A DNA stretch of 64,000 nucleotides. It comes from Acetobacteraceae bacterium. Its GTDB lineage: Bacteria > Pseudomonadota > Alphaproteobacteria > Zavarziniales > Zavarziniaceae. Shown piece after piece: positions 8,941-18,959 of this stretch (within the stretch, counting starts at the first letter, position 1; each line of letters opens with the position of its first letter). Below the pieces are notes generated by a model that was given only the letters and a program-made list of their open reading frames with translations, was not told the origin of the DNA and did not search any database. The position numbers were made by a program, and so were the translations under genes. The stretch covers positions 11,724 to 75,723 of the forward strand of contig CANCOY010000001.1 in the NCBI GenBank assembly GCA_947379865.1. The letters are read 5' to 3'.

Positions 8941-10932
8941 CTATTCGGCAGGCGCGGGGCGCGCGGCGGGTGCAAGGCCGGCAGCGGCCTGGCGCGGCGC
9001 CCCGATACGGTGCCGCCGGTCCGACAGCGAGAGCATGCCCCCCAGCACCATGAAGAGACCGCCACCCCAGATCCACTGCACCAGCGGCTTGAAATAGAGC
9101 CGGGCGGCCCAGCCATCACCCTGGGCCTCGCCGATGACGACATAGAGATCCCCACCCAGGGTCGGGCGGATGGCCGCCTCGGTCGTGGCCATGGGCGGTG
9201 TCGGATAATTGCGGGCCTCGGGCGACATGGCATAGAGGAACTTGCCATCGCGCGAAACCTCGAAACGGCCCCGCAGCGCGGTATAGTTTGGCCCCTCGAC
9301 TTCCTCGACACCCCGGAAGGCAACAAAGTAACCGCCCACTTCCGTCACGTCGCCGGGCTTGAGCACGATCAGGTGCTCCTCCGTGAAGCTCTCGGAAGAG
9401 ACAATGCCGATCAGGGTGACCGCAATGCCGAGATGGGCCAGCGTCATGCCAATCGACGAACGCGGCAGACGGCGCAGACGGCGGAACACGTCGGCGGGCG
9501 GCGCCTTGAACAGCCAGATGCGCTCGGCCAGTTCGATCAGCACCCCAATGGCAACCCACGCCGCCAGGGAATAGCCAAACAGTGCCAGCACCGAAACCTT
9601 GGACACCTGCCACCACACCACGGCGGCGATCAGCAGGGCGGCGAGGAAGGCAAAGCGCAGGCGGCCAATGGCACCTGCCAGATCCCCCCGCTTCCATGCC
9701 ATCAGCGGGCCAATGCCCATGGCCGCAAACAGCGGCACCATCAGGGGGCCAAAGGTCATGTCGAAATAGGGCTTGCCCACCGAAACCTTCTCACCCGTGA
9801 CGGCGTCGAGCAGCAAAGGATAGAGCGTACCCAGCAGCACCGTGGCCGCAGCGGTCGAGAGCAGCAGATTGTTGAGCAGCAGGCTGCCCTCACGGCTCAT
9901 GGGTGCAAACAGGCCGCCACCCTTCAGGGCCGGCGCCCGCACCGCATAGAGCGTGAGCGAGCCGCCCACCACCACCAGCAGGAAGCCCAGGATGAAGACG
10001 CCGCGTGCCGGATCTGTGGCAAAGGCATGCACCGAGGTGAGCACGCCCGAGCGCACCAGGAAGGTGCCCAGCAGGCTGAGGGAGAAGGTGACGATGGCCA
10101 GCAGGACAGTCCAGCTTTTCAGCGTGTCGCGCTTTTCCACCACGATGGCGGAATGCAGCAGCGCCGTACCCGCCAGCCAGGGCATGAACGACGCGTTTTC
10201 CACCGGATCCCAGAACCACCAGCCGCCCCAGCCCAGTTCATAATAGGCCCAGTGCGAGCCGCCCACGATGCCAAAGGTCAGCAGCACCCAGGCCGCCAGC
10301 GTCCACGGCCGCACCCAGCGCGCCCAGGCCGGATCAACCCGGCCCTCGAGCAGGGCAGCAATGGCAAAGCTATAGGCCATGGAGAAGCCGACATAGCCGA
10401 GATAGAGGAACGGCGGATGGAAGGCGAGGCCCGGATCCTGCAGCAGGGGATTGAGGCCCATGCCGTCGACCGGCGCCGGATCCATGCGGGCAAAGGGGTT
10501 GGACGTCAGCAGCATGAACAGGTCAAAGCCAACCGCGATCAGGGCCTGGACCGCCAGCACACGCGCCCTGAACGGGGCGGGCAGATTGGTGCCGAACAAC
10601 GCCACCGCCGACCCGAAGACCGCCAGCACCAGCACCCAGAGCAGCAGGGAACCCTCGTGGTTCCCCCAGACGCCGGCAACCTTGTAGAGCATGGGCTTCA
10701 GCGAGTGCGAATTGGCCACCACATTGGCGACCGAGAAATCGGACACCACATAGCACCAGGTGAGTGCAGCAAAGGAGATGGCCAGCAGCACGGCCTGTGC
10801 CACGGCGGCGGGCCGGGCGAGTGCCACCCAGGGCGCGATGTTGCGGGCAGCACCCACCAGCGGCAGGGTGCCCTGCACCATGGCCACGGCAAGCGCCAGA
10901 ATGAGGGCAAAATGGCCGATCTCGGGGATCAT
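8941..10932 (-). CDS. ccmF: Cytochrome c heme lyase subunit CcmF
   Basis: 663 aa polytopic protein. WGGWWFWDPVENASFMPW tryptophan-rich motif. Confidence 0.95.
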   Translation of the reverse strand: MIPEIGHFALILALAVAMVQGTLPLVGAARNIAPWVALARPAAVAQAVLLAISFAALTWCYVVSDFSVANVVANSHSLKPMLYKVAGVWGNHEGSLLLWVLVLAVFGSAVALFGTNLPAPFRARVLAVQALIAVGFDLFMLLTSNPFARMDPAPVDGMGLNPLLQDPGLAFHPPFLYLGYVGFSMAYSFAIAALLEGRVDPAWARWVRPWTLAAWVLLTFGIVGGSHWAYYELGWGGWWFWDPVENASFMPWLAGTALLHSAIVVEKRDTLKSWTVLLAIVTFSLSLLGTFLVRSGVLTSVHAFATDPARGVFILGFLLVVVGGSLTLYAVRAPALKGGGLFAPMSREGSLLLNNLLLSTAAATVLLGTLYPLLLDAVTGEKVSVGKPYFDMTFGPLMVPLFAAMGIGPLMAWKRGDLAGAIGRLRFAFLAALLIAAVVWWQVSKVSVLALFGYSLAAWVAIGVLIELAERIWLFKAPPADVFRRLRRLPRSSIGMTLAHLGIAVTLIGIVSSESFTEEHLIVLKPGDVTEVGGYFVAFRGVEEVEGPNYTALRGRFEVSRDGKFLYAMSPEARNYPTPPMATTEAAIRPTLGGDLYVVIGEAQGDGWAARLYFKPLVQWIWGGGLFMVLGGMLSLSDRRHRIGAPRQAAAGLAPAARPAPAE

Positions 10933-11393
10933 GGCTTGGTCACTCCCTCTGGCCCCGCGCCGTCTTTCCAGCGCCCGGATTTCTTCAGGGCGGCGGCGAC
11001 TTCGGGGGGCATATATTTTTCATCGTGCTTGGCGAGGATGTTGCTCGCCATAAAGACGCCATCGGCCCCAAGGCTGCCTTCGGCCACCACCCCCTGCCCT
11101 TCACGGAACAGGTCGGGGACGATGCCGCGATAGCTGACGGGCACGGTCTTGCTGAGGTCAGTAACCTTGAAGGTTATGGTCAGGCCATCACTCTGGCGCA
11201 CGACACTGTTTTCCTCGACAAGGCCGCCGATGCGCAGGCGCTGGCCCGGTGTCACATGATGGCTCTCAAGCTCGCTGGGGCTATAAAAGAAGACAAGGCC
11301 ATCGCCATAGGCATTGAGCATGAGGGCCACGGCCACGCCAAGGCAGCTCATGCCGGCGACCACCGTCAGCAGGCGGCGGCGCTTGCGGGTCAT
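10929..11393 (-). CDS. ccmE: Heme chaperone CcmE
   Basis: 154 aa. Single TM; C-terminal AKHDEKYMPPEV contains the heme-binding His. Confidence 0.95.
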   Translation of the reverse strand: MTRKRRRLLTVVAGMSCLGVAVALMLNAYGDGLVFFYSPSELESHHVTPGQRLRIGGLVEENSVVRQSDGLTITFKVTDLSKTVPVSYRGIVPDLFREGQGVVAEGSLGADGVFMASNILAKHDEKYMPPEVAAALKKSGRWKDGAGPEGVTKP

Positions 11394-11599
11394 GATGATG
11401 GGTCCTGGGGGGCGGCGCGCCGGGCACGCCGGTCGCCGCGGTCGCCAGCCTCAAGGGCGGCAAGCTGGCGGGCGCTGTGGCGCAGGGCACGACGGCTGGC
11501 CAGGGCAAGGCCCGCCATCACCAGCGCCGCAAAGGCATAAGACGGCCAGACGAAGGCCGCATAGCCGCCCATGGCGAGATAGGTGCTCAACTGATCCAC
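11390..11599 (-). CDS. ccmD: Heme exporter protein CcmD
   Basis: 69 aa. GGYAAFVWPSYAFAALVMAGL single TM. Positioned between ccmC and ccmE. Confidence 0.8.
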   Translation of the reverse strand: MDQLSTYLAMGGYAAFVWPSYAFAALVMAGLALASRRALRHSARQLAALEAGDRGDRRARRAAPQDPSS

Positions 11600-11603
11600 G
11601 CGT

Positions 11604-12341
11604 TTACGCTCCCGCCTCTGGCTCGACCCGGGCGAGCGCCAGGGTGCGCACGCGCCGCGCGATGATTTCCGCCTTGATGCGCCACAGCAGCAGGGCGACG
11701 AAATAGACGTTGAAGGCCGCCATCATCACCAGCAATGGCACCAGGATGGAGACATCGATGGCCGGCCCATTCATGCGCACGATGGAGGCTGGCTGGTGCA
11801 GGGTGTTCCACCAGTCCACCGAAAACTTGATGATGGGAATGTTCACAAAACCCACCAGCGCCAGGATCGCCGCCGCCCGGGCCGCCCGCGTGGGGTCATC
11901 AATCGCCTGCCACAGGGCGATATAGCCAAGGTAGAGGAAGAACAGCACAAGGAACGACGTCAGCCGCGCATCCCAGACCCACCAGGTGCCCCACATGGGC
12001 TGGCCCCACAGGGCGCCCGAGACAAGGGCAATGGCGGTGAAACCGGCGCCAAGGGGTGCCGCCGCCTTGGCCGAGAGATCTGCCAGCGGATGTTTCCAGA
12101 TCAGGGCAATGGCACTGGCCAGCGCCATCAGGCTGTAGCAGGCCATGGCCATCCAGGCCGCCGGCACATGCACGAACATGATGCGCACGGTCTGGCCCTG
12201 CTGATAGTCCGGCGGGGCGACCGCAAGACCCAGATAAAGGCCCACGGCCAGCAGCAGCACAGCCAGACCCGTCGCCCACGGAGAGACGGCGTCGGCGATG
12301 CGCAGGAACCGCGTGGGATTGGCAAAACGGTGCAGGCTCAT
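11604..12341 (-). CDS. ccmC: Heme exporter protein CcmC
   Basis: Internal Met 61 (MSLHRFANPTRF...) of ORF 11604..12521. The longer TTG-started version would overlap ccmB. WGTWWVWDARLTS WWD motif. Confidence 0.9.
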   Translation of the reverse strand: MSLHRFANPTRFLRIADAVSPWATGLAVLLLAVGLYLGLAVAPPDYQQGQTVRIMFVHVPAAWMAMACYSLMALASAIALIWKHPLADLSAKAAAPLGAGFTAIALVSGALWGQPMWGTWWVWDARLTSFLVLFFLYLGYIALWQAIDDPTRAARAAAILALVGFVNIPIIKFSVDWWNTLHQPASIVRMNGPAIDVSILVPLLVMMAAFNVYFVALLLWRIKAEIIARRVRTLALARVEPEAGA

Positions 12342-12381
12342 CCGGCTAATCTGGTGCGGGGGGCGGTTCAAGGCAACCGGC

Positions 12382-13047
12382 CTATTCAAGAGAAAGCCTG
12401 AGCGCCGCCGCCGCCGCAAGGGGAGACAGCACCAGACTTGCCAGACTGGCGGCCCCCAGCAACGACAGGGCGCCGCCAGCGGGAAAGCCATGCACCACCG
12501 CGTCCACCGCCCCCACCCCAAAGATCAGTACGGGGACATAAAGCGGCAGCACCAATAGGGAAAGCAGCACGCCGCCCCGCCTGATGCCCACGGTAAGGGC
12601 GGCGCCAATCGCCCCGATCAGGCTAAGCGCCGGGGTGCCCAGAGCCATGGCCGCCAGCAGCATGGGCACGCCCTTCAGGGGTACATTCATCAAGAGGCAG
12701 AGCACGGGTGCGGCAAGAAGCAGCGGCAGGGCATTGGCCAGCCAATGCGCCAGGCACTTGCCCAGCACCACCAGGCTGAGCGGCAGGGGACCCAGGGCCA
12801 GCAGATCGAGGCTGCCGTCCTCCAGATCTGCCTGGAACAGGCGGTCGAGCGTCAGCAGGGTGGCCAGCAGCGCCGCCACCCAGATCACACCCGGGCCAAT
12901 CCGCCCCAGCAGTTCAAGTTCCGGCCCCACGCCCAGGGGAAAGAGCGCCACGGTCACCACAAAGAAGCTGACAGCCATGGTGGCCGCCCCGCCCTGGCGG
13001 CCGGCCAGCCGCAGATCACGCGCCACCAGGGCAAGAAAGGCGTTCAT
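12382..13047 (-). CDS. ccmB: Heme exporter permease CcmB
   Basis: 221 aa, six TM helices. Typical N-terminus ALVARDLRLAGRQGG. Confidence 0.9.
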   Translation of the reverse strand: MNAFLALVARDLRLAGRQGGAATMAVSFFVVTVALFPLGVGPELELLGRIGPGVIWVAALLATLLTLDRLFQADLEDGSLDLLALGPLPLSLVVLGKCLAHWLANALPLLLAAPVLCLLMNVPLKGVPMLLAAMALGTPALSLIGAIGAALTVGIRRGGVLLSLLVLPLYVPVLIFGVGAVDAVVHGFPAGGALSLLGAASLASLVLSPLAAAAALRLSLE

Positions 13048-13718
13048 CGGCGACCAAGGTTGAGGGTGCCCGCATCAGCGAGGCCCAGGTCCACATGGCT
13101 TGCCGCCATGACCATGCCGCCCGCCGCCCGGTGCCGCGCCACCAGCGCCGCCAGCCGCGCCACCGAGGCGACATCAAGCGACACCGACGGCTCGTCCAGC
13201 AGCCACAGCGGCCGTCCAGCCGTACCCAGAGGGGCCAGCGCCAGCCGGGCCAGGCCCAGGCGGCGGCGCTGCCCGGCAGACAGAAACCGCGCCGGCAGGT
13301 CGCCGAGGCCGCCCAGATCAACTTCCTCCAGCGCAGCCTCCACGGCGTCCGGCACGCCGCCGAAGCCGGCCCAGAAACGCAGGTTTTCGGCAAGGCTGAA
13401 GGCGGGTTTCACGCCATCAAGATGGCCGACATAGACAAGCTGGCTGGCAAAGACCTCAGGCTCATCAGCCACGGCAGTGCCACGCCAGCTCAGGCGGCCG
13501 GCAGCCATGGGGATGAGGCCGGCGACCAGGCGCAGCAGCGAGGATTTGCCAGCGCCATTCGGCCCCGACAGGATCAGCGCCTCGCCGGGCGACAGGGCGA
13601 AATCCAGATCCTGGAACACCGTGCGCTCGCCCCGCACACAGGCAAGGCCGCTCGCCCGCAGCGCCGGGGTGGTGTTTTCCGGTGCAGCCGCCACGTCAGG
13701 ACCCGTCAAAGCTGCCAT
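13044..13718 (-). CDS. ccmA: Heme ABC exporter ATP-binding protein CcmA
   Basis: Walker A GPNGAGKSSLLR, signature LSAGQRRR, Walker B LWLLDEP. Start placed at Met 24 of ORF 13044..13787 to limit overlap with the upstream crotonase gene; 13787 or 13754 are also possible. Confidence 0.85.
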   Translation of the reverse strand: MAALTGPDVAAAPENTTPALRASGLACVRGERTVFQDLDFALSPGEALILSGPNGAGKSSLLRLVAGLIPMAAGRLSWRGTAVADEPEVFASQLVYVGHLDGVKPAFSLAENLRFWAGFGGVPDAVEAALEEVDLGGLGDLPARFLSAGQRRRLGLARLALAPLGTAGRPLWLLDEPSVSLDVASVARLAALVARHRAAGGMVMAASHVDLGLADAGTLNLGRR

Positions 13719-14466
13719 GGCGCCCGGCCCCTGCGGCAAATCGCGCGGCGCCATCACGCGCACCGGCGGCCAGGGAGCGTTCGCCATGGTGCAGTTCGTT
13801 TTCCATGGCGGCGTCGAAATTCAGGTCCCATTGCTCGTAAGCGCTGAGGCGGTCGCCGCGCAGGCAATCCTGCGGGAAGGCGGCCAGTTCATGGGCCAGC
13901 GCCTCAGCGGCGGCACGCGCCCCACCCTTTGGCACCACCCGATTGGCCAGGCCCATCATCAGGGCCTCGTCCGCCTGCACGGGGCGCCCGGTCATGATCA
14001 GGTCCAGCGCCCGGGAATGGCCGATCAGGCGGGGCAGGCGCACGGTGCCGCCATCGATCAGGGGCACGCCCCAGCGGCGGCAGAACACACCCAGCACGGC
14101 ATCTTCCTCAACCACGCGCAGGTCGCACCACAGGGCCAGTTCCAGCCCGCCCGCCACCGCATGGCCTGCGATGGAGGCGATCACGGGCTTGGACAGCATC
14201 AGCCGGCTTGGCCCCATGGGGCCGTCGCCATAGGCCGTGACGCGGTTGGCGCCCGTACCCGACGCAAATGCCTTGAGATCAGCGCCTGCGCAGAAGGTGC
14301 CATGGTCGCCATGAAAGACGGCAACGCTGGCGGCAGGATCGGCATCGAACGCGCGAAAGGCCTCGGCCAGGGCCTCAGCCGTTGGGCCGTCCACCGCATT
14401 GCGCGCCTCGGGCCGGCTGAGAATCACCGTCGTGACAGGGCCGGAGGTTTCAACGTGCACGGCCAT
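13696..14466 (-). CDS. Enoyl-CoA hydratase/isomerase (crotonase) family protein
   Basis: Met 20 (MAVHVETSGPVTTVILSRPEARNAV...) of ORF 13696..14523. FCAGADLK oxyanion-hole motif. Confidence 0.85.
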   Translation of the reverse strand: MAVHVETSGPVTTVILSRPEARNAVDGPTAEALAEAFRAFDADPAASVAVFHGDHGTFCAGADLKAFASGTGANRVTAYGDGPMGPSRLMLSKPVIASIAGHAVAGGLELALWCDLRVVEEDAVLGVFCRRWGVPLIDGGTVRLPRLIGHSRALDLIMTGRPVQADEALMMGLANRVVPKGGARAAAEALAHELAAFPQDCLRGDRLSAYEQWDLNFDAAMENELHHGERSLAAGARDGAARFAAGAGRHGSFDGS

Positions 14467-14704
14467 GGAACGGCATCCTTTGCAGGGCAGGCTTTGCAGG
14501 GCGGGAGAGGTTCCCCGGCGCATTTAAGCCAAAGGTGGCCCCCGGCGCCAGCGTGGCAGGGTATTCAGCCTTGGGAAGTACGACCAGAAGCATGGATGAA
14601 GCCTTGAGCGCAGCGCATAATTGATGCACGAATTCCCCGGCGCGGATGCAACAAGGTGCGCACGTACCTTTGCGGCCCCCGCAACCCATTCTGGAGGCAG
14701 CCAC

Positions 14705-17398
14705 GTGAGCGCACTCGACAGCCTGAAAACCCGCCGCCAGCTCAAGGTTGGCACCAAGACCTATGATTATTTCAGCCTGAAGGCTGCGGCAAAGACCCTG
14801 GGCAACATCGACCGCCTGCCGGTCAGCCTCAAGGTGCTGCTGGAAAATCTGCTGCGCCATGAAGATGGCCGCACCGTCAGCCTCGACGACATCAAGGCCG
14901 TGGCGACCTGGCTCGAGACCCGCTCGTCGGACCGCGAGATCGCCTTCCGCCCGGCCCGCGTGCTGATGCAGGATTTCACGGGCGTGCCGGCGGTGGTGGA
15001 TCTGGCCGCCATGCGCGCCGCCATGTCGGCCATGGGGGGCGATGCCAAGAAGATCAACCCGCTGTCGCCGGTTGACCTTGTCATCGACCATTCGGTGATG
15101 GTGGATGCCTTTGGCAGCAAGTCTGCCCTGAAGCAGAACACCGACCTTGAGTACGAGCGCAATGGCGAGCGTTACGAATTCCTGCGCTGGGGCCAGGTGG
15201 CGTTCGACAATTTCCGCGTCGTGCCGCCGGGCACCGGCATCTGCCACCAGGTGAACCTGGAATACCTTGCCCAGACCGTGTGGACGGGCAAGAACGGCCG
15301 CAAGAGCGTGGCCTATCCCGATACGCTGGTCGGCACCGACAGCCACACCACCATGGTCAACGGCCTGAGCGTGCTCGGCTGGGGCGTGGGCGGCATCGAG
15401 GCCGAGGCGGCCATGCTGGGCCAGGCCATTTCCATGCTGATCCCCGAAGTCGTCGGCTTCAAGCTGACGGGCAAGCTGCGCGAAGGCGCCACCGCCACCG
15501 ATCTGGTGCTGACCATCACCCAGATGCTGCGCAAGAAGGGCGTGGTGGGCAAGTTCGTGGAATTCTATGGCAAGGGCATCGGCGACCTGTCGCTGGCGGA
15601 CCGTGCCACCGTCGCCAATATGGCACCGGAATATGGCGCCACCTGTGGCTTCTTCCCGGTGGATGAAGAAACCATCGCTTATCTGAAGTCCACCGGCCGC
15701 AAGGCCGACCGTGTGGCGCTGGTGGAGGCCTATGCCAAGGCCCAGGGCCTGTGGCGGACCAACCGCACGCCGGACCCCGTGTTCACCGACACGCTGGAAC
15801 TGGACATTTCCACCGTTGAGCCAAGCCTCGCCGGCCCCAAGCGGCCGCAGGACCGTGTGCCCCTGACCCAGGTTGCCAGCAACTTCCGCGATGGCCTGGA
15901 ACCCGGCTTCGGCAAGGCCGGCGCTGAGGAGCAGGACCGCAAGGTTGCCGTCAAAGGCACCAAATATTCCATCGGCCATGGCGACGTGGTGATCGCCGCG
16001 ATCACCAGCTGCACCAACACCTCCAACCCCAGCGTGATGCTGGGCGCAGGCCTTGTGGCGCGCAATGCCGTGGCCCTGGGCCTGAAGGTAAAGCCGTGGG
16101 TCAAGACCAGCCTGGCGCCGGGCAGCCAGGTGGTGAGTGACTATCTGGCCAAGGCCGGCCTGCAAAAGCCCCTCGACAAGCTGGGCTTCAACACGGTGGG
16201 CTATGGCTGCACCACCTGCATCGGCAATTCCGGCCCGCTGCCCGATGAAGTGGCTGATGCCGTAACCAGTGGCGACCTTGTGGTGGCCTCTGTGCTGTCG
16301 GGCAACCGCAATTTCGAAGGCCGCGTGAACCCGCATGTGAAGGCAAACTACCTTGCCTCGCCCATGCTGGTGGTGGCCTATGCCATTGCCGGTTCGCTGA
16401 ACATCGACATCGCCAAGGATCCGCTGGGCACCGACAAGGCGGGCAAGCCCGTCTACCTCAAGGACATCTGGCCCTCCAACAAGGAAGTGGCCGACACGGT
16501 GCGCAAGTGCGTGACCGCCAGCATGTTCCGCGCCCGCTATTCCGATGTCTTTGCCGGCGACGCCAAGTGGCGCAAGATCAAGACCGCGAAGTCGCTGACC
16601 TATACGTGGAACAAGAAGTCCACCTATGTGCAGCACCCGCCCTATTTCGAGGATATGCCGGCCGAGCCCGCCGCCATCGGCGATGTGACGGGCGCACGTC
16701 TGCTGGGCATCTTTGGCGACAGCATCACCACCGATCACATCTCGCCCGCCGGTTCCATCAAGAAGGATGGCCCCGCTGGCAAGTATCTGGTGGCCCACAA
16801 GGTCAAGCCCATCGACTTCAACTCTTATGGTGCCCGGCGTGGCAACCATGAAGTGATGATGCGCGGCACCTTTGCCAATATCCGTATCAAGAACGAAATG
16901 GTTCCGGGTACGGAAGGTGGCCTCAGCAAGGTGTTCCCGGCGGGTGATGTCGTGTCGATCTATGACGCGGCCATGACCTACAAGAAGCTGGATACGCCGC
17001 TGGTCATCTTTGCCGGCAAGGAATATGGCACGGGCTCCTCGCGCGACTGGGCGGCCAAGGGCACCATGCTGCTGGGTGTGAAGGCCGTGATTGCCGAAAG
17101 CTTCGAGCGCATCCATCGCTCGAACCTCGTCGGCATGGGCGTGCTGCCCCTGCTCTACCCGGAAGGTGTTGATCGCAAGTCGCTGAACCTGACGGGCGAT
17201 GAAGTGATCGACCTCAAGGGCATTGCCGGTGGCATCAGCCCGCGCATGACCATCGACTGCACCATCACCCGCGCCGATGGCACGGTGGATCACCTGCCCC
17301 TGCTCTGCCGCATCGACACGCTGGACGAGGTGGAATATTTCCGCCACGGCGGCATCCTGCACTATGTGCTGCGCTCACTGCTGAAGCCCGCCGCCTGA
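14705..17398 (+). CDS. acnA: Aconitate hydratase A
   Basis: GTG at 14705 preceded by GGAGG (14693-14697). About 897 aa. Fe-S ligand contexts [10 protein letters not shown] and [10 protein letters not shown]. Confidence 0.95.
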   Translation: MSALDSLKTRRQLKVGTKTYDYFSLKAAAKTLGNIDRLPVSLKVLLENLLRHEDGRTVSLDDIKAVATWLETRSSDREIAFRPARVLMQDFTGVPAVVDLAAMRAAMSAMGGDAKKINPLSPVDLVIDHSVMVDAFGSKSALKQNTDLEYERNGERYEFLRWGQVAFDNFRVVPPGTGICHQVNLEYLAQTVWTGKNGRKSVAYPDTLVGTDSHTTMVNGLSVLGWGVGGIEAEAAMLGQAISMLIPEVVGFKLTGKLREGATATDLVLTITQMLRKKGVVGKFVEFYGKGIGDLSLADRATVANMAPEYGATCGFFPVDEETIAYLKSTGRKADRVALVEAYAKAQGLWRTNRTPDPVFTDTLELDISTVEPSLAGPKRPQDRVPLTQVASNFRDGLEPGFGKAGAEEQDRKVAVKGTKYSIGHGDVVIAAITSCTNTSNPSVMLGAGLVARNAVALGLKVKPWVKTSLAPGSQVVSDYLAKAGLQKPLDKLGFNTVGYGCTTCIGNSGPLPDEVADAVTSGDLVVASVLSGNRNFEGRVNPHVKANYLASPMLVVAYAIAGSLNIDIAKDPLGTDKAGKPVYLKDIWPSNKEVADTVRKCVTASMFRARYSDVFAGDAKWRKIKTAKSLTYTWNKKSTYVQHPPYFEDMPAEPAAIGDVTGARLLGIFGDSITTDHISPAGSIKKDGPAGKYLVAHKVKPIDFNSYGARRGNHEVMMRGTFANIRIKNEMVPGTEGGLSKVFPAGDVVSIYDAAMTYKKLDTPLVIFAGKEYGTGSSRDWAAKGTMLLGVKAVIAESFERIHRSNLVGMGVLPLLYPEGVDRKSLNLTGDEVIDLKGIAGGISPRMTIDCTITRADGTVDHLPLLCRIDTLDEVEYFRHGGILHYVLRSLLKPAA

Positions 17399-17425
17399 GG
17401 CTTTCAGCAGCCTGATCCGTGATTT

Positions 17426-17452
17426 GGGGCGTCCCTTGGGGCGCCCCTTTTC
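17426..17452 (+). terminator. Intrinsic terminator after acnA
   Basis: GGGGCG (17426-17431) / CGCCCC (17442-17447) stem followed by TTTTCATTT. Confidence 0.55.
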
Positions 17453-17491
17453 ATTTGTGCCCGACAAAAGAAAAAAGATGGTGGGAACAGA

Positions 17492-18190
17492 ATGACGGCA
17501 CCACTCAGCGTTGATGCGGCCATCCTCGGCCGCCGCTCCATCCGCGCCTTCCGGCCAGATCCCGTGCCGCGTGCCGTGGTAGCGGAGATCCTGGGGATTT
17601 CTGCCCGGGCGCCCAGCGGCACCAACATGCAACCCTGGAAGGCCCATGTGGTGACAGGTGCCGCCCGCCACGCCCTGTGCACCGCCGTGGTGGCCGCTGC
17701 GGACGCGGTACATGCCGGCACCAATGCCGAGGTTCACGAGGCGGAATACCGCTATTACCCCGCCCAATGGCAGGAGCCCTATATCGGGCGGCGGCGCAAG
17801 GTGGGCCTCGACATGTATGCCCTGCTTGGCATCGGCAAGGGTGAGGGGGCGGCCATGCACGCCCAGCACAACCGCAATTTCACCTTCTTTGATGCACCGG
17901 TGGGGATCTTCTTCACCATCGACAAGCACCTAGAGATCGGCTCGTGGCTCGACTATGGCATGCTGCTGCAAAACGTCATGCTGGCCGCCCGCGCCCGCGG
18001 CCTCGACACCTGCCCGCAAGCCGCCTGGCCCCGCTTCCACCGCATCATCCGCACCCACCTCGGCTTTCCCGAAAGCGAGACGGTAATCTGCGGCCTCGCC
18101 CTGGGTTTCGCCGACGAGAGCGCGGCGGTCAATTCACTGGTAACCGACCGTGTGCCTCTGGAGGACTGGACCACCTTCCACGGGGAGTGA
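17492..18190 (+). CDS. Nitroreductase family protein
   Basis: 232 aa. N-terminus AILGRRSIRAFRPDPVP...APSGTNMQPW is typical of the NADH/FMN nitroreductase fold. Confidence 0.85.
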   Translation: MTAPLSVDAAILGRRSIRAFRPDPVPRAVVAEILGISARAPSGTNMQPWKAHVVTGAARHALCTAVVAAADAVHAGTNAEVHEAEYRYYPAQWQEPYIGRRRKVGLDMYALLGIGKGEGAAMHAQHNRNFTFFDAPVGIFFTIDKHLEIGSWLDYGMLLQNVMLAARARGLDTCPQAAWPRFHRIIRTHLGFPESETVICGLALGFADESAAVNSLVTDRVPLEDWTTFHGE

Positions 18191-18225
18191 GAGGGCCTGC
18201 TGGTAGATTGATGCTTGCGCAGCAC

Positions 18226-18537
18226 CTAAACCAGCAGAAGTTCAACGCGCTTGCCGCAGGCCTTTGCATAGCGGCGGATCGTCTCGAATGTCGGCGAGTG
18301 TTTGGGATCACGCATGGAGCTTTCCAGACGCGAAACGGCGCTTTTGGACGTCCCCATCCGGACCGCAATTTCGTCCTGGGTGAGGCCCGATTGTTTGCGC
18401 GCCTCAAGAAGAGACCGCAGCGCGGCATAGTCATCGGCGCCCGCCTCCCAAGCCTCTTTGAAGCCGGGCCTCCGCATCGCCTTTTCCAGGGCCTTCTTTC
18501 CGTCGTGACGGACGGGCTTGAACCCTTGATCGCTCAT
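18226..18537 (-). CDS. higA: XRE-family HTH antitoxin (HigA-like)
   Basis: Met 76 of ORF 18226..18762: MSDQGFKPV...LTQDEIAVRMGTSKSAVSRLES. ATGA overlap with the upstream toxin gene. Confidence 0.8.
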   Translation of the reverse strand: MSDQGFKPVRHDGKKALEKAMRRPGFKEAWEAGADDYAALRSLLEARKQSGLTQDEIAVRMGTSKSAVSRLESSMRDPKHSPTFETIRRYAKACGKRVELLLV

Positions 18538-18854
18538 GGCCGCGCCTCCTTCAATCGCTTGCGAGCCAGCTTGAGGTCCTTGGCGGGCGTCGCCTGGCTC
18601 TTTTTCACAATGCCGTGCAGGATCACCAGCGTGCGACCGACCTGCGTACAGTAGAACGCGCGGCCGATTCCTTCTGGTCCCTTGCACCGTAGCTCGAACA
18701 ATCCGTCGCCCATCGGACGCGCATGAGGCATCCGAAGATCGAGGCCATCCTCCTCCAGCCATTCAATCAGGCGGAGATAGTCGGCATAGATGCCGACCGG
18801 CCATTCCTCGATCTCCCGCCTCACGCGGTCGTTGTAGTAGAGAACCGTCCACAT
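18534..18854 (-). CDS. higB: RelE/ParE-superfamily toxin (HigB / phage Gp49-like)
   Basis: 106 aa. MWTVLYYNDRVRREIEEWP...GLFELRCKGPEGIGRAFYC...LVILHGIVKKSQATP. Toxin-first gene order. Confidence 0.8.
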   Translation of the reverse strand: MWTVLYYNDRVRREIEEWPVGIYADYLRLIEWLEEDGLDLRMPHARPMGDGLFELRCKGPEGIGRAFYCTQVGRTLVILHGIVKKSQATPAKDLKLARKRLKEARP

Positions 18855-18959
18855 GGCGACGTGTTACCATATTTGATAACTTCTGTCGACCTCTTCAAGG
18901 CACCGCGCGTAGGACCACCGCCGCCCTCGTCGAGGGCGGCAGAGGTCCAGATCAATCCC

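Noticed and set aside
8170-11133. 987-aa plus-strand ORF
   Set aside because: It lies antisense to ccmG, ccmF and ccmE. The composition is dominated by Arg, Gly, His, Gln and Pro, as expected for a shadow frame in high-GC DNA. The opposite strand has unmistakable Ccm motifs.
12342-12521. N-terminal 60-aa extension of the ccmC ORF (TTG start at 12521)
   Set aside because: It would overlap ccmB by 140 nt and encodes a Trp/Cys/Arg-rich peptide. The internal ATG gives the canonical CcmC N-terminus.
14450-17362. 970-aa minus-strand ORF
   Set aside because: Antisense shadow of acnA, with the same skewed composition and no motifs.
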